Shown: positions 30,804 through 41,529, numbered from the stretch's first letter. The stretch is DNA of 64,000 bases from an uncultured virus (IMG/VR IMGVR_UViG_2660238363_000004) (IMGVR_UViG_2660238363_000004); one strand, 5' to 3'. Made by a program: numbers and translations. Notes: generated by a model from the sequence alone, not told the origin.

Positions 30804-32285
30804 ATGGCAATTTCGCTATCAAAAATCGCCCAGATGCTTCCCGGCGTACTGAAGGCGACAGGGACAGCTATTGATCTCAATGGCCTGTTCCTGACCGACA
30901 GCGCATACGCGCCGGTTGGTGCAGTACCCTCATTTTCCAGTGCGGATGAGGTAAAGGCGTACTTCGGCAGCGCGTCGATTGAGTACACCGCCGCGGTGCT
31001 GTATTTCGCCGCATTCACCGGTAAAACACAGATGCCTGGCAAGCTGTATTTTAGCCGATTCAATACCGCAGCAGTGGCGGCATTCCTTCGTTCCGGATCG
31101 CACGCCGCGACCACGCTGGCACAGCTCAAGTTGCTTTCGGGTACGCTGACTCTGACCGTTGACGGCACGGAGGAGACTTCTGCGGCTATCAACCTCAGCG
31201 GCGCCACCAGTTTTGATAACGCGGCAGAGCTGATTGAAACCGGCATTGGCTCCTCGGTTGTAGTGACCTGGGATAGCGTGCTGAAGAAATTCATCATCAC
31301 CTCTGCCACCACAGGCGTGGATAGCACCATTACCTTTGCCGATGAAGGTACGCTGGCTACAGGTCTTAAACTGACCGAAGCGACCGGCGCGGTGATCTCC
31401 CAGGGTGCGGCGCCGGCAGTAGTTGACGATATCTTTACTGCCATTCTGGCCAAAGAGCAGGACTGGGTAACATTCTCCACGACGTTCGCTGTAACCAAAG
31501 ACCAGGCCAATGCGTTTGCGCTCTGGGCAAACAGCCAGAACCACCGCTTTGCCTATGTCCCATGGGACGCATCAGGAACTGCAATCGTGGCGGGCAGCTC
31601 GAATGCACTGGTGTATGACATCATCAACACCTACGCCTACAACGATACCTGCCCCGTGTATGGTTACCCGAACCACGCAGCAAACGCGATGGGGTTTGTG
31701 GCCGCGCTGAACTTCACGCAGGCCAATGGGCGCTGTTCGCTGAATGGCCGTCAGGTGTCCGGCCTATTGCCGATGATCAGTAACGATACTGATTACGAGG
31801 CTGCCAAGGCCAACGGCTATAACTTCTACGGCAACTATGCCTCGAATGCCGTCGAAACGAATCAGTGGGCGCCCGGTTCTATTACCGGTGATTATGCGTG
31901 GCTTGACGCCTGGGCTGGTCAGGTATGGGTAAATGCTCAGCTTCAGGCAGCTCTCGTTGCGCTGTTCCAGCAGGCGAGTAATCTGCCCTATGCTGCAGCC
32001 GGAAAAGCTCGCATTGAATCGTGCATGAAGCCGACCATTGAGCAATTCAGGGCATGGGGTGGCATGACTGCAGGCACCGATCTTGACCAGTCGCAGATCG
32101 ACCAGATTAACGCCATCGCTGGCGTCGATGTTACGGATTCGCTTCTGGCTGAAGGGTATTACGTCTATATCGGCCCGTTCACCCCGGCAATGCGCGCCGC
32201 GCGTACCAAGCCAACGGTTTACTTCTGGTACACCGATGGCGGGATCATCCAGGGTATCACCGTTAACAGCGTGGAGGTGCAGTAA
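30804..32285 (+). CDS. Tail sheath protein (DUF3383-like)
   Basis: 493 aa; NGYNFYG and WYTDGG motifs; position. Confidence 0.85.
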   Translation: MAISLSKIAQMLPGVLKATGTAIDLNGLFLTDSAYAPVGAVPSFSSADEVKAYFGSASIEYTAAVLYFAAFTGKTQMPGKLYFSRFNTAAVAAFLRSGSHAATTLAQLKLLSGTLTLTVDGTEETSAAINLSGATSFDNAAELIETGIGSSVVVTWDSVLKKFIITSATTGVDSTITFADEGTLATGLKLTEATGAVISQGAAPAVVDDIFTAILAKEQDWVTFSTTFAVTKDQANAFALWANSQNHRFAYVPWDASGTAIVAGSSNALVYDIINTYAYNDTCPVYGYPNHAANAMGFVAALNFTQANGRCSLNGRQVSGLLPMISNDTDYEAAKANGYNFYGNYASNAVETNQWAPGSITGDYAWLDAWAGQVWVNAQLQAALVALFQQASNLPYAAAGKARIESCMKPTIEQFRAWGGMTAGTDLDQSQIDQINAIAGVDVTDSLLAEGYYVYIGPFTPAMRAARTKPTVYFWYTDGGIIQGITVNSVEVQ

Positions 32286-32728
32286 TGGCCGGTCAAAATA
32301 TTACGTCGGCAGACGCCATCATTGAGCTGGTAATCGCTGAGCTCTACCCGTCAGGGTTTAACCTGGAGCAGTTCGAAGCGCAAAACATCTTCGAAATGGG
32401 TGATACCGATATGGCAGAGTACCAGCGTACTGCTGACGGTAAACTGCTGGGCGGTTTTGTTTATGGTGATCTGCCGTGGACATTCCATCTGGCTGCATCA
32501 TCCCCGTCGATTAAGTACATCGACAACTGGCAAACCACGCAGATGACCACGCGGTCTGTGCTGCGTGTCAATGGTACGGTGATCCTGCCGTCGCTGGGTA
32601 AAAAGTACATCATGACTAACGGTATCCTGCAGCGCGCACGCCGCATGCCGTCTGCCGGCCGTGTTCTTCAGCCGGTAACTGGACTCATCCAGTGGGAAAC
32701 TGTCACCCCGGCAGACTACTCAGCATAA
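32285..32728 (+). CDS. Tail tube protein
   Basis: 147 aa directly after sheath; followed by terminator at 32736..32761. Confidence 0.75.
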   Translation: MAGQNITSADAIIELVIAELYPSGFNLEQFEAQNIFEMGDTDMAEYQRTADGKLLGGFVYGDLPWTFHLAASSPSIKYIDNWQTTQMTTRSVLRVNGTVILPSLGKKYIMTNGILQRARRMPSAGRVLQPVTGLIQWETVTPADYSA

Positions 32729-32910
32729 AAAAAATCAGCCCGGCTAAGTCCGGGCTTTTTTATACCCGCAATACCCCGCGCTTCACACGCGCACATCACA
32801 ACACAGAACCTTTCAGGATGACCCTTGAGGATACCGGTTTGGCTATCGGTGCCTTTCTGTGGGCCGGATTCCTGTGTGACAAGGTTCATCACTAAAAGGT
32901 AATTACCGAG

Positions 32911-33666
32911 ATGTCTAATATCATCCCCATGAATTACGATGACCGTTCATTTCCTTTTACTGCTGACTGCTGGTTCAATGCCACGGTTGCCGCAAAGCAT
33001 CACGGCAAGCTACCAAAGGACTGGCTAAAGACTGAGGCGACAAAAATTTATATCGCCGAATTGGCTGAGGAGCTTGGAATTGCTGGCTCCGGCGTAAAAG
33101 AGGATTTTTCTCCCCTTTTAGTCAGAGTGGAGAAAGGGCGAAACGGCGGGACCTGGCTTCATCCGGAGTTGGCGGTGGAGTTCGCCCGCTGGTTGTCAGT
33201 AAAATTCGCCCGAGCCTGTGACCGACACATTAAAAATCTGCTACTGAGTAAAAACTTCCAGCTCACCGAAGATCAGATTGTCGGCCTGATGGTGTGCCAG
33301 CAACCAACGTCCTGGGAGAAGCGCTTTAAAGACCCGTTCTACCAGGCGCTGTCGAAAATGTCCGGCCTTCCTTACTTTGGTCATGTCGGTGGTTGCCCGG
33401 CGCTGTTCGGTCAGATCACCGCTCGATGGGTGTACGGTGTCGCACTTCCCGATTATGTCTATCAGGCAGCCAAACAAGCCGCCGGGGACAGCAAGGAGAA
33501 GATTCACCAACATCTTAAGCCTGATGCACTGGAGAAGGTCGAGCAGCAACTGATCGCCGTTACCAACATTGCCAGTTGCAGCATTGACCAGAAGGACTTC
33601 GAGGCCCGTTGCATGGCCGCGTTTCCCGTTAAGGGTCAGATGAAACTGCTGTATGCGGCGGCGTGA
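32911..33666 (+). CDS. KilA-N + P63C domain protein
   Basis: WFNATVAAK...GGTWLHPELAVEFARWLS; WEKRF..PFY...KIHQHL. Confidence 0.85.
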   Translation: MSNIIPMNYDDRSFPFTADCWFNATVAAKHHGKLPKDWLKTEATKIYIAELAEELGIAGSGVKEDFSPLLVRVEKGRNGGTWLHPELAVEFARWLSVKFARACDRHIKNLLLSKNFQLTEDQIVGLMVCQQPTSWEKRFKDPFYQALSKMSGLPYFGHVGGCPALFGQITARWVYGVALPDYVYQAAKQAAGDSKEKIHQHLKPDALEKVEQQLIAVTNIASCSIDQKDFEARCMAAFPVKGQMKLLYAAA

Positions 33667-33808
33667 TGACTAAAAATACACAATCGCTCGATAAGAAAAT
33701 CCAGAATGCAATTTTGCATTCTGGACACAAAACCACAGATTCGTGGTTTTTGAATGGCCCACTACGGTGGGCTTTTTTATTGCCAGATAACTCATTCAGG
33801 AAACAAAA

Positions 33809-34285
33809 ATGGCTCGTAAAAGCATCGTATTCACGGTTGAAGCAGATAACCGTGACAAGGGTAAGCAGTTCAAAATCACCGAAATGCCGGCGAGAAAGGC
33901 CGAAGAGTGGGCGATCCGCCTGGCGTGCGCCGTGATTGGCGCCGGCGTTACCGTTCCAGACAATATGATGATGGCCATCGGTGCTGCGGTGGCGCCGGCA
34001 CCAGCCGAGGATAACGCAGAAGCTCGCGAGCTGTACGAAAGCGTGATGGCCAGCGGCATGGCAGGCCTCGCTCAGTGGGGTATCACTTCACTGGCTAAAG
34101 TTCCGTTCGCACAGTCAAAGCCTCTGCTTGATGAGTTGCTTGGCTGCGTGAAATTCCTCGGCGGTAACGGTATCGAAACAGCGCTTGTTGACGAAGGTCA
34201 GATCGAAGAAATCAGCACCTGGTCGCGCCTGAAAATCGAAGCCTTCAAACTCCATATCGCTTTTGTAGCAGCCACCGCAAGTTAG
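33809..34285 (+). CDS. Tail assembly chaperone (gpG-like)
   Basis: RDKGKQFKITEMPA; upstream of tape measure; open -1 frame extension to 34506. Confidence 0.75.
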   Translation: MARKSIVFTVEADNRDKGKQFKITEMPARKAEEWAIRLACAVIGAGVTVPDNMMMAIGAAVAPAPAEDNAEARELYESVMASGMAGLAQWGITSLAKVPFAQSKPLLDELLGCVKFLGGNGIETALVDEGQIEEISTWSRLKIEAFKLHIAFVAATAS

Positions 34286-34486
34286 AAATCCCCTTATCCG
34301 TTCCTGAAGATTCAGATCGCGGCTTTATACAGTATGCGAATGTACCGCGCACCATCGCCGCGGTGATCTCCGGGAAGATGGCAAAACTCCACGAACTGGA
34401 CACGGTGTACAGCGTTCAGGATATGTGGTGGCTGATTGAAATAATGACCGTGGATAACACCAACAGAGCTATAGCGGAGAGTGATC

Positions 34487-36412
34487 ATGGCAGCAACGGT
34501 AATTGACGCCCTCCTGATTACGCTGGGCCTTGATACGTCTGACTTCCGTAAGGGGCAGAAAGACGTTAGCGACGACCTCAAGAAGCAGCGTGAGGATGCG
34601 AAAAAAACTGCCAAGGAAATGGCGGAGCAGGGGAAAAAGGCAGCAGCATTCTTCAGCAGCATAAAGACGGAATTGCTGGCACTGACTGGCGTTACCGTTA
34701 CTGCCGGCGGCCTGATGAGCTTTGTGAAAAGCACTACTTCCGGCCTGATGGATTTGTCGATCCAGTCGAAAGCGCTGGGGATGAGCGCTAAAGAGCTTGA
34801 TGGGTGGGCGAAATCTGCGGAGGCTGCTGGCAGTTCAGCTGAAAAGATAACAAATGTTCTAAAGGGGTTTCAGGACGCTAAGCAGGGAGCAACATTTGGC
34901 GACTTTACCAATCCTCTATATGAGGTAGCGCCGATACTAAGGCGCTTAACAGGGGTTGAGATAAATACATCAAAGGATGATGTTCCAACCATTGCGAGAA
35001 AGGTTTTCTCTGCCCTTCAGAAAGTAAAAAATCCAGCCATGAGGCGCGTATTGGCAGAAAGGGTTGGCATTGACGATGCGACCCTTCAGCGCAACCAGGA
35101 AGGACAATTCCTGCCTGACGTTGATCGCCTGACTAAAAGCTCTGGCATTACAGACGCCTCAACCAAAGGCGCAAAGGAATTTACAGCCGCATGGGCGGAA
35201 TTAAACCAGAGCCTCGAAACCACAAAAAACCAGTTTTACACGTTCCTTATTCCGTATGTGCGCGACTTTAACGTCGTGCTCCGCGACCTTTCCAACTGGA
35301 TGAAGTCACATCCTGAGGAGATGAAACAAAAAGTCGATGCTTTCTTTGGTGCAATTGAGAGCGGCGCAAAGATGGCAGATAAAGCAGCGCAAGCGGTTGG
35401 GGGTTGGGAAAATGCGATCAAGCTACTCATCGCCTTAAAGGTTGCTACATGGGTGATGGGGATAACAAAGGTATTTACTGGATTGTTCGCCCTTACACCA
35501 CCTGCGTGGTTTGTCGCTGCTAGTGCTGTGGGTGTAGGGGCTTATCAGAACATATCGAATGCCGCAACCAAAGCAGACCATACTGATTCTCTTTGGGAGT
35601 CAATAAAACAGCGCTGGTCTGCAGGTGGTTGGTATAACAACCAGCAAAACATGCAAGCTGTATCACCGGAGCAAAGAAAGAAAGATCAGGATGAGCGCTC
35701 ATTCTGGGAATCAACTAAAAATCTTCTTTCACAGGCTGTGAATGCATTAATATCTCCGGCTGGGGCAGCATCCATGCAGCCAAATATTGTTGGCGGATAT
35801 CAGCCAAACGTCCCGCTTAACGCAAAGGCTGCTCGCCTTGGCGCCAAAGGAAAGGCTTTTCTTCAGGCAATGGCTGGCGAATTCGGGGCGCTGGAAGGTA
35901 AATATGGACTTCCGGCCGGACTGCTGTCTTCGGTAGCCGCTACTGAATCAGGTGGTGATCCGTTTGCGGAGTCGAAGGCCGGAGCCAAAGGCTTGTTCCA
36001 GTTCATGCCTGGCACGGCAAAGGACATGGGGCTCAAAGGTCGTGATGTTTTCGATCCCCACAAATCTGCAGATGCCGCTGGAAGATACCTGCGCTTTCTG
36101 CTGGATGCCACCGGCGGCGATCTGGAAAAAGCTCTTGCCTCCTATAACTGGGGGCTCGGAAACGTCCAGAAGAAAGGCATGGATAACCTGCCGTCGGAAA
36201 CTCGCAATTACGTCCCTAAAGTCATGGCCGGAATGCGCCCCGGCGCCGGGATGGCCGTAGACCGAGCGATGCCAGGGCAGTCCGGTGCGACTTATCAATT
36301 TTATGGCACCAAAATCACCACTCAGGCCCAGAACGTGGAACAGCTTACCAGTGACATCAAAAAGCACGGCGACAACCGCGTCATGCTAATGGCTGGCTAC
36401 TCAGGACAATAA
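34487..36412 (+). CDS. Tape measure protein with C-terminal lytic transglycosylase
   Basis: Helical Ala/Lys-rich body; ATESGG...GAKGLFQFMP...ALASYNWG SLT motifs. Confidence 0.9.
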   Translation: MAATVIDALLITLGLDTSDFRKGQKDVSDDLKKQREDAKKTAKEMAEQGKKAAAFFSSIKTELLALTGVTVTAGGLMSFVKSTTSGLMDLSIQSKALGMSAKELDGWAKSAEAAGSSAEKITNVLKGFQDAKQGATFGDFTNPLYEVAPILRRLTGVEINTSKDDVPTIARKVFSALQKVKNPAMRRVLAERVGIDDATLQRNQEGQFLPDVDRLTKSSGITDASTKGAKEFTAAWAELNQSLETTKNQFYTFLIPYVRDFNVVLRDLSNWMKSHPEEMKQKVDAFFGAIESGAKMADKAAQAVGGWENAIKLLIALKVATWVMGITKVFTGLFALTPPAWFVAASAVGVGAYQNISNAATKADHTDSLWESIKQRWSAGGWYNNQQNMQAVSPEQRKKDQDERSFWESTKNLLSQAVNALISPAGAASMQPNIVGGYQPNVPLNAKAARLGAKGKAFLQAMAGEFGALEGKYGLPAGLLSSVAATESGGDPFAESKAGAKGLFQFMPGTAKDMGLKGRDVFDPHKSADAAGRYLRFLLDATGGDLEKALASYNWGLGNVQKKGMDNLPSETRNYVPKVMAGMRPGAGMAVDRAMPGQSGATYQFYGTKITTQAQNVEQLTSDIKKHGDNRVMLMAGYSGQ

Positions 36413-36415
36413 CTC

Positions 36416-37258
36416 ATGTCGTTTTCTCTGAATGTCTCGACAGTGCTATCCGCCATTCAGGGAGGAAGCCTGTTATCCGTCCTTAACAGCGCCCTGTCGC
36501 CAACCTACCGGATCACCTATAACACCGTTGACAAGTCGCTTTTGACGGCTGCAGCCGGGCAGGAGGTTTTCGCTCCTTCCGGCTGGGTTAGCGTTGATCG
36601 CTACGGTGATGCTAACGTGACGAAGGGGCCGGTTGAAAATGGGCAGTATACTTCGTACAACAAGGTCCGGCAGCCATCGGAATTAAGGGTGATCCTGGCA
36701 CTTGAGGGATGGACTGCATATACAGGTGCGCTTCCAAACCTGACAAACTTATCTCTTCTTAGCCGAAGTAATTTCATTCAGAAACTGGATGAGATGAAAA
36801 ACACGGCCAGCACCTACAACATCGAGACGCCGGACACGGTGTATTACAGCTACGATCTGACCCACTTCGATTATTTTGTGGGGTCATATCGAGGGCAGAC
36901 GTTGTTGATGGCGAACTGCACCTTCGAAGAGATAATGGATAGCGGTGAAGTAATTATCGCTAACGGGGTTTCCGGTAAGGCTCCGACAGATAACGACAAA
37001 ACAAACAATAAGGGCGCTGCAAAAACAGAGGTAATCACTGCTTCAACTAAAGAAGTAACGCTTACTGACGCAAAAAACGCGTGGACAAGCGGGAATACAT
37101 CGCTATCAAGCGCCCTTGATCTTACCGGGAGTGCCATAGTTTCAGGTGTCAATTCGGCGGCCAAATCAGTATCTCAAGTATGGGATAACTCATCAACAGC
37201 GGTCGCAAAACAGATCAAAAGCACGGTGGCTGATTTTCTTAAAAATAAGGTGATGTGA
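36416..37258 (+). CDS. Baseplate/tube initiator protein
   Basis: PVENG..SYNKV..P; follows tape measure. Confidence 0.65.
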   Translation: MSFSLNVSTVLSAIQGGSLLSVLNSALSPTYRITYNTVDKSLLTAAAGQEVFAPSGWVSVDRYGDANVTKGPVENGQYTSYNKVRQPSELRVILALEGWTAYTGALPNLTNLSLLSRSNFIQKLDEMKNTASTYNIETPDTVYYSYDLTHFDYFVGSYRGQTLLMANCTFEEIMDSGEVIIANGVSGKAPTDNDKTNNKGAAKTEVITASTKEVTLTDAKNAWTSGNTSLSSALDLTGSAIVSGVNSAAKSVSQVWDNSSTAVAKQIKSTVADFLKNKVM

Positions 37259-37259
37259 C

Positions 37260-37565
37260 ATGCAGGAAATTAGCTTATCACCGTCACTTTCTCAAAAGGT
37301 GTATGTCACGCTTGGTGGCCAGAACTGCGCGATAAAGCTTCATCAGCGCTCAACTGGATTCTACATAGACCTGTATGTTGATGACACTGCAATTATGCAG
37401 GGTGTTCTCTGCCTTAACTGTATATACCTTGTCAGATATAAGTATCTTGGATTTAAGGGAGATCTCATTTTTGTAGACACAAAAGGAGATTCCGATCCGG
37501 TTTATGACGAAATAGGGACACGCTTTAAACTTTATTATGCGTCAAGTGATGAGGTGGACCGATGA
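37260..37565 (+). CDS. Small baseplate protein
   Basis: LGGQNC...YLGFKGDLIFVDT; position. Confidence 0.65.
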   Translation: MQEISLSPSLSQKVYVTLGGQNCAIKLHQRSTGFYIDLYVDDTAIMQGVLCLNCIYLVRYKYLGFKGDLIFVDTKGDSDPVYDEIGTRFKLYYASSDEVDR

Positions 37566-38428
37566 GTTACAAGGAAAGAGAGTTAACGGTTGAGTTTACT
37601 CTGGCCAATGGCACCTTTGATGGTAAAAAAGGTAACACGCTCATAGCCGAAGGGTTCAAGTGCGAGCTTTCTGTTTCGGCTTATGGGGGAGCTACCGGGA
37701 CGATGATGGAGCTTAGCCTGTGGGGCTTATCCCTTGATAACATGGCTAAGCTAACCACAAACTCAGAGAAATTCTTTGATGAAGAACAGAATTCAATCCG
37801 AGTTTACACAGGTGACGTGTGTGTGTTTACTGGGACAATAGTTGCATCTCGAATAAACTTGAACCAAGCTCCTGATGCCCCAATTGAGATAACAGCGTCA
37901 GCAATAGGAAAGGAAAAGTTAATACCCTGCGAACCAACCTCAATAGAAGGTGACATATTGGTATCCGATATGATAAAGGCGCTAGCGGCCAAGGTTGGCC
38001 TGAAGTTCGTAAATGTTGACGTTAAGGCAGTACACAGCAACCCTTACTACGAGGGAAATGCTATAGAGCAGATACAGAAAATTGCTGCTGATCACAATAT
38101 TACTGCAGATATAGATTTTGGCACCGTGACAATTTACACGGGTGATAACCCTATCGACTCAGTAGTGCCTTTCATTTCTCCTGAGAATGGATTAATTGGG
38201 TATCCAATATTCTATAACTTTGGTATTAATTTTCGTTGCATATACTCACCAGCGGTTCAGCTAGCTCGAAAAATAAAACTTGAGACATCTCTTCCTCACG
38301 CGAGTGGAGAATGGGTTGTTCAGCATGGAACTACTCATTACCTTTCATGCAAAGTGCCTGGCGGATTATGGGAGACCTTTGTTGTCGCTTATCCGGGATT
38401 TATTTTAGGGGATGGGTATGCTAACTAA
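37562..38428 (+). CDS. Baseplate hub protein
   Basis: 288 aa; ISPENGLIGYP; position. Confidence 0.7.
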   Translation: MSYKERELTVEFTLANGTFDGKKGNTLIAEGFKCELSVSAYGGATGTMMELSLWGLSLDNMAKLTTNSEKFFDEEQNSIRVYTGDVCVFTGTIVASRINLNQAPDAPIEITASAIGKEKLIPCEPTSIEGDILVSDMIKALAAKVGLKFVNVDVKAVHSNPYYEGNAIEQIQKIAADHNITADIDFGTVTIYTGDNPIDSVVPFISPENGLIGYPIFYNFGINFRCIYSPAVQLARKIKLETSLPHASGEWVVQHGTTHYLSCKVPGGLWETFVVAYPGFILGDGYAN

Positions 38429-39005
38429 TCAGAAGCCGATGGATGTGTCGTGCCAGGGGAACGCTGTTCTTTCGCTTATAGCCGGAGCCATAAAGGGCTG
38501 CGTATTTGCCGATATCGTCTTAGTCAAAAAAGTGAATGGGAAGACCCTTACCGTTTTTCCTCTGGTTACTGGAACAAACGCTTCTGGCGGATCGATTGCA
38601 AACCAGGATATTTACAATGTCCCATTCATTCAGTATCAGGCTGGAAATAGTTCGGTAAAAATGACGCCCAGAGTAGGCGACATTGGCCTGGTGATTGCCT
38701 GTGATAAAGACATCACAAATGTGAAAAAAACTAAAGGCGGAGGCCCTCCACCAACTCAGCGGCGCCACTCATACTCAGATGCTGTTTACATCACGGCTAT
38801 AGCCAGTTTGAACGATGAACCCACGGAGTTTGCTGAGTTTACAGGCAGCGGCATAAACATACAGAGCCCTGGAGTGGTTAACATAAACGGCCTGAAAGTC
38901 CATCCGAACGGACAGCTTGAGCTTGTCGACGGTTCTATCGTTGATGGGCATACTCATGGTGGGGTAGTATCAGGAGGAAGCCGAACCGATCCTCTGGAGC
39001 CGTGA
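38412..39005 (+). CDS. Baseplate spike protein
   Basis: PRVGDIGL...DKDI; C-terminal HTHGGV metal-binding tip. Confidence 0.85.
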   Translation: MGMLTNQKPMDVSCQGNAVLSLIAGAIKGCVFADIVLVKKVNGKTLTVFPLVTGTNASGGSIANQDIYNVPFIQYQAGNSSVKMTPRVGDIGLVIACDKDITNVKKTKGGGPPPTQRRHSYSDAVYITAIASLNDEPTEFAEFTGSGINIQSPGVVNINGLKVHPNGQLELVDGSIVDGHTHGGVVSGGSRTDPLEP

Positions 39006-39358
39006 TGATGATTAAACATTCCTTGCTATTCTCAATTCTGCTAATAACCACCACTCTTTCATATGCAGAGACGCTTGATGATTTTTTCAATAAAAATAAA
39101 GATCTAAACAATGATATTGAGATTAGATTAGCTATAAAAGAGAAAGCATCTCAACTTGCTTTGTCAGAGGCATATGATGAGGGAGCAAATGACCTCTCTG
39201 CCAGGAGTGGCAGGCTGATGCGGGAGGATGGCGGTAGTTATGCTAGATATGCGGTCAAAACTCTTGTTGATGCTTGCAATAACATTGGCCCGTATCAAAG
39301 CATGCTTGACGATCAGGCATGCAAAAGGCTAGAAGGTAAGGTTGCTGGCATAAAATAA
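39002..39358 (+). CDS. Secreted/periplasmic moron protein
   Basis: Signal-peptide-like MIKHSLLFSILLITTTLSYA; AT-rich; terminator at 39361..39388. Confidence 0.65.
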   Translation: MMMIKHSLLFSILLITTTLSYAETLDDFFNKNKDLNNDIEIRLAIKEKASQLALSEAYDEGANDLSARSGRLMREDGGSYARYAVKTLVDACNNIGPYQSMLDDQACKRLEGKVAGIK

Positions 39359-39371
39359 TGAAAGCCCACCG

Positions 39372-40025
39372 TCAGGTGGGTTTCTTTTCTTCGATGAAAG
39401 TATCGCATTGATAAGCTTTGGTAGCATCTACCTTGCCATCTATAACCCTAATTAAAGATTCATCAAAATGAGGACACCAGTGGATGCCTTGGGATACGGC
39501 GTGTGCCTGGTACTGTTCGGTCAAGCTGGCATCAATCAAAGGGTCGTAGAATCCACTGCTGACTAATTTGCACGGCAGGATGGCTTCTAATCCATCTCTG
39601 TTCACCATGCTTAATGAGTGAAGGACGTATGGGCGAAGGAAGGAGGCGTTGCTTACTCTAGTTTGGCAGTGTGCTTTTTTGTTGATGCATTGGAAGGATT
39701 CGATCATACAGGATAAAACCTGATAACAACTAAGTGGTGGTATAACGTTGCGTCTAGCTATCACTGAGAACCCCTTCCATGAGCTTGCAATGTTTATGAT
39801 CTCCATAGATAAATCGCATTGCCGAGAGGATGTTAAATCAGAAACACACAAAATAACCTCTCGACCATTAACTGAACCCCTTGCAGATGCCATTAAGCTT
39901 GATAGCTTCTCAACTAAAGGAAAATTTTGTGATTTGCTTAATGGAATAATCAGAACAAGACCATTTTCAGACAAATCATTCAAGTCAATATTAGTTAATG
40001 ATTTGAGGTTTTCTGGAAGAGTCAT
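39372..40025 (-). CDS. Hypothetical Cys-rich protein coupled to mnt-like gene
   Basis: 217-aa AT-rich ORF with ATGA overlap. Confidence 0.7.
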   Translation of the reverse strand: MTLPENLKSLTNIDLNDLSENGLVLIIPLSKSQNFPLVEKLSSLMASARGSVNGREVILCVSDLTSSRQCDLSMEIINIASSWKGFSVIARRNVIPPLSCYQVLSCMIESFQCINKKAHCQTRVSNASFLRPYVLHSLSMVNRDGLEAILPCKLVSSGFYDPLIDASLTEQYQAHAVSQGIHWCPHFDESLIRVIDGKVDATKAYQCDTFIEEKKPT

Positions 40026-40258
40026 TTTTCTTCCTTTTTATACATTTTCGAAAAAGTCTCAAGAAGAGCATCCCTGAAGCGATCGGCTTCTTGCTTGGCA
40101 AACTCAGCGCTATTGAATGACCGGCCATCCACGGCATCTTCAATTATTTGAATAATTTCCGCATTCATTGATCGACGGTTGCTTTGGGCTCTAGCCTTAA
40201 CTTTTGCCTTTAACTCATTGGAAATTCTTATATTTATCTGCGGCTCTTCACGTGACAT
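40022..40258 (-). CDS. mnt: Mnt-like Arc-family repressor
   Basis: MSREEPQINIRI...RRSMNAEIIQ ribbon-helix-helix. Confidence 0.8.
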   Translation of the reverse strand: MSREEPQINIRISNELKAKVKARAQSNRRSMNAEIIQIIEDAVDGRSFNSAEFAKQEADRFRDALLETFSKMYKKEEK

Positions 40259-40346
40259 ACCACCTCCATAACATAGTGGTGATATTACTATTGCACTACC
40301 GCAACCACAATGGTATAACGGTTATACCAAAATGATAGGAGGAAGT

Positions 40347-40514
40347 ATGATCGTTTCATCTAAAGCACCGAAGTACAACATGAGAATACCAGCAGATGTA
40401 AAGGAAGCCATTGAAAAAGCAGCAGAGGAAGCGGGGAGGTCAATCAATACCGAAATGGTTATGAGACTTATAGATAGCCTCAAAAAAGATGGGTTATTTG
40501 TGCCTCAGAAATAG
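40347..40514 (+). CDS. arc: Arc-family repressor
   Basis: PKYNMRIP...[12 protein letters not shown]; palindrome TGGTATAAC-G-GTTATACCA at 40311..40329. Confidence 0.8.
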   Translation: MIVSSKAPKYNMRIPADVKEAIEKAAEEAGRSINTEMVMRLIDSLKKDGLFVPQK

Positions 40515-40515
40515 C

Positions 40516-40581
40516 GAAGCCCAACGGTGGCTAGACCGTCAGGCTTCTACATCGAAAAAATCCAGAGAAGGAAGTATCGAC
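40516..40581 (-). ncRNA. Sar-like antisense RNA region (arc-ant intergenic)
   Basis: GAAGCC..ACGGT..ACCGT..GGCTTC hairpin at the P22 sar position. Confidence 0.45.
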
Positions 40582-41529
40582 ATGACAAGTATAGCAATTC
40601 TTGAAGCAGTTAACACCTCTTACGTGCCGTTCAATGGGCAGCAAATCATCACTGCTATGGCGGCAGGTATGGCTTATGTGGCAATGAAGCCTGTCGTTGA
40701 AAACCTCGGCATGAGTTGGTCAACTCAGCAAACAAAACTGATGAAACAACTGGAAAAATTCAACTGTGTTCATATGAACATGGTTGCTGCCGACGGCAAG
40801 TTGCGCAAGCTTTTGTGTCTCCCACTGAAAAAACTCAATGGATGGCTGTTCAGTATCAACCCAGAAAAAGTGCGTGCTGATATCCGTGACAAACTGATCA
40901 AGTACCAAGAGGAATGCTTTACCGTTCTGCATGACTACTGGACTAAAGGTGAGGTCAAGAACCCACGCAAAAAGACCACGGTCGATGAAAGAACGCCACT
41001 TCGGGATGCCGTTAACATGCTGGTAAGCAAAAGGCACATGATGTATCCGGAAGCTTACGCGATGATTCATCAGCGCTTTAATGTGGAGAGTATTGAGGAT
41101 TTAGAGGCGACTCAGATTCCCGATGCTATCGAGTATGTTCATCGTGTTGCGCTGGAAGGTGAGTTTCTCGGTAAACAGGAAGCACTACCCGCTCCGAAGC
41201 TGGATATTCACTACCCAGCAGACTGGTGGGATCAGTTCCCGCTCCTTCAGCGTGAAAGAAAAATTCAGAAATCCACAGCGGTTGGAGGTTATCAGTTCCC
41301 CGTAAGGCTGCTTTATGGATTTGAGGATGAATCACCTTCGGCGATCAGTAGCCTCATAAGCAAACTGGCGATGCAGGGATACGACGTGAGTGCGGTCAAG
41401 ATGGAATACTTGGCTCATCGTCATTACGCAGAGCGGATGTATCAGAAACTATCCAGAATTGCTGAAATCAGTGGCTCGGTATTAGGCAGTAGCATTACCT
41501 TGAATATTCAGACACCTATGCGCTCTTAG
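40582..41529 (+). CDS. ant: Antirepressor (P22 Ant N-terminal domain)
   Basis: [12 protein letters not shown]...[18 protein letters not shown]...[13 protein letters not shown]. Confidence 0.9.
   Translation: MTSIAILEAVNTSYVPFNGQQIITAMAAGMAYVAMKPVVENLGMSWSTQQTKLMKQLEKFNCVHMNMVAADGKLRKLLCLPLKKLNGWLFSINPEKVRADIRDKLIKYQEECFTVLHDYWTKGEVKNPRKKTTVDERTPLRDAVNMLVSKRHMMYPEAYAMIHQRFNVESIEDLEATQIPDAIEYVHRVALEGEFLGKQEALPAPKLDIHYPADWWDQFPLLQRERKIQKSTAVGGYQFPVRLLYGFEDESPSAISSLISKLAMQGYDVSAVKMEYLAHRHYAERMYQKLSRIAEISGSVLGSSITLNIQTPMRS

Noticed and set aside
33663..33935. ORF after the KilA-N gene
   Set aside because: It runs through two palindromes and a terminator (33757..33778) and overlaps the chaperone gene; it is probably a remnant.
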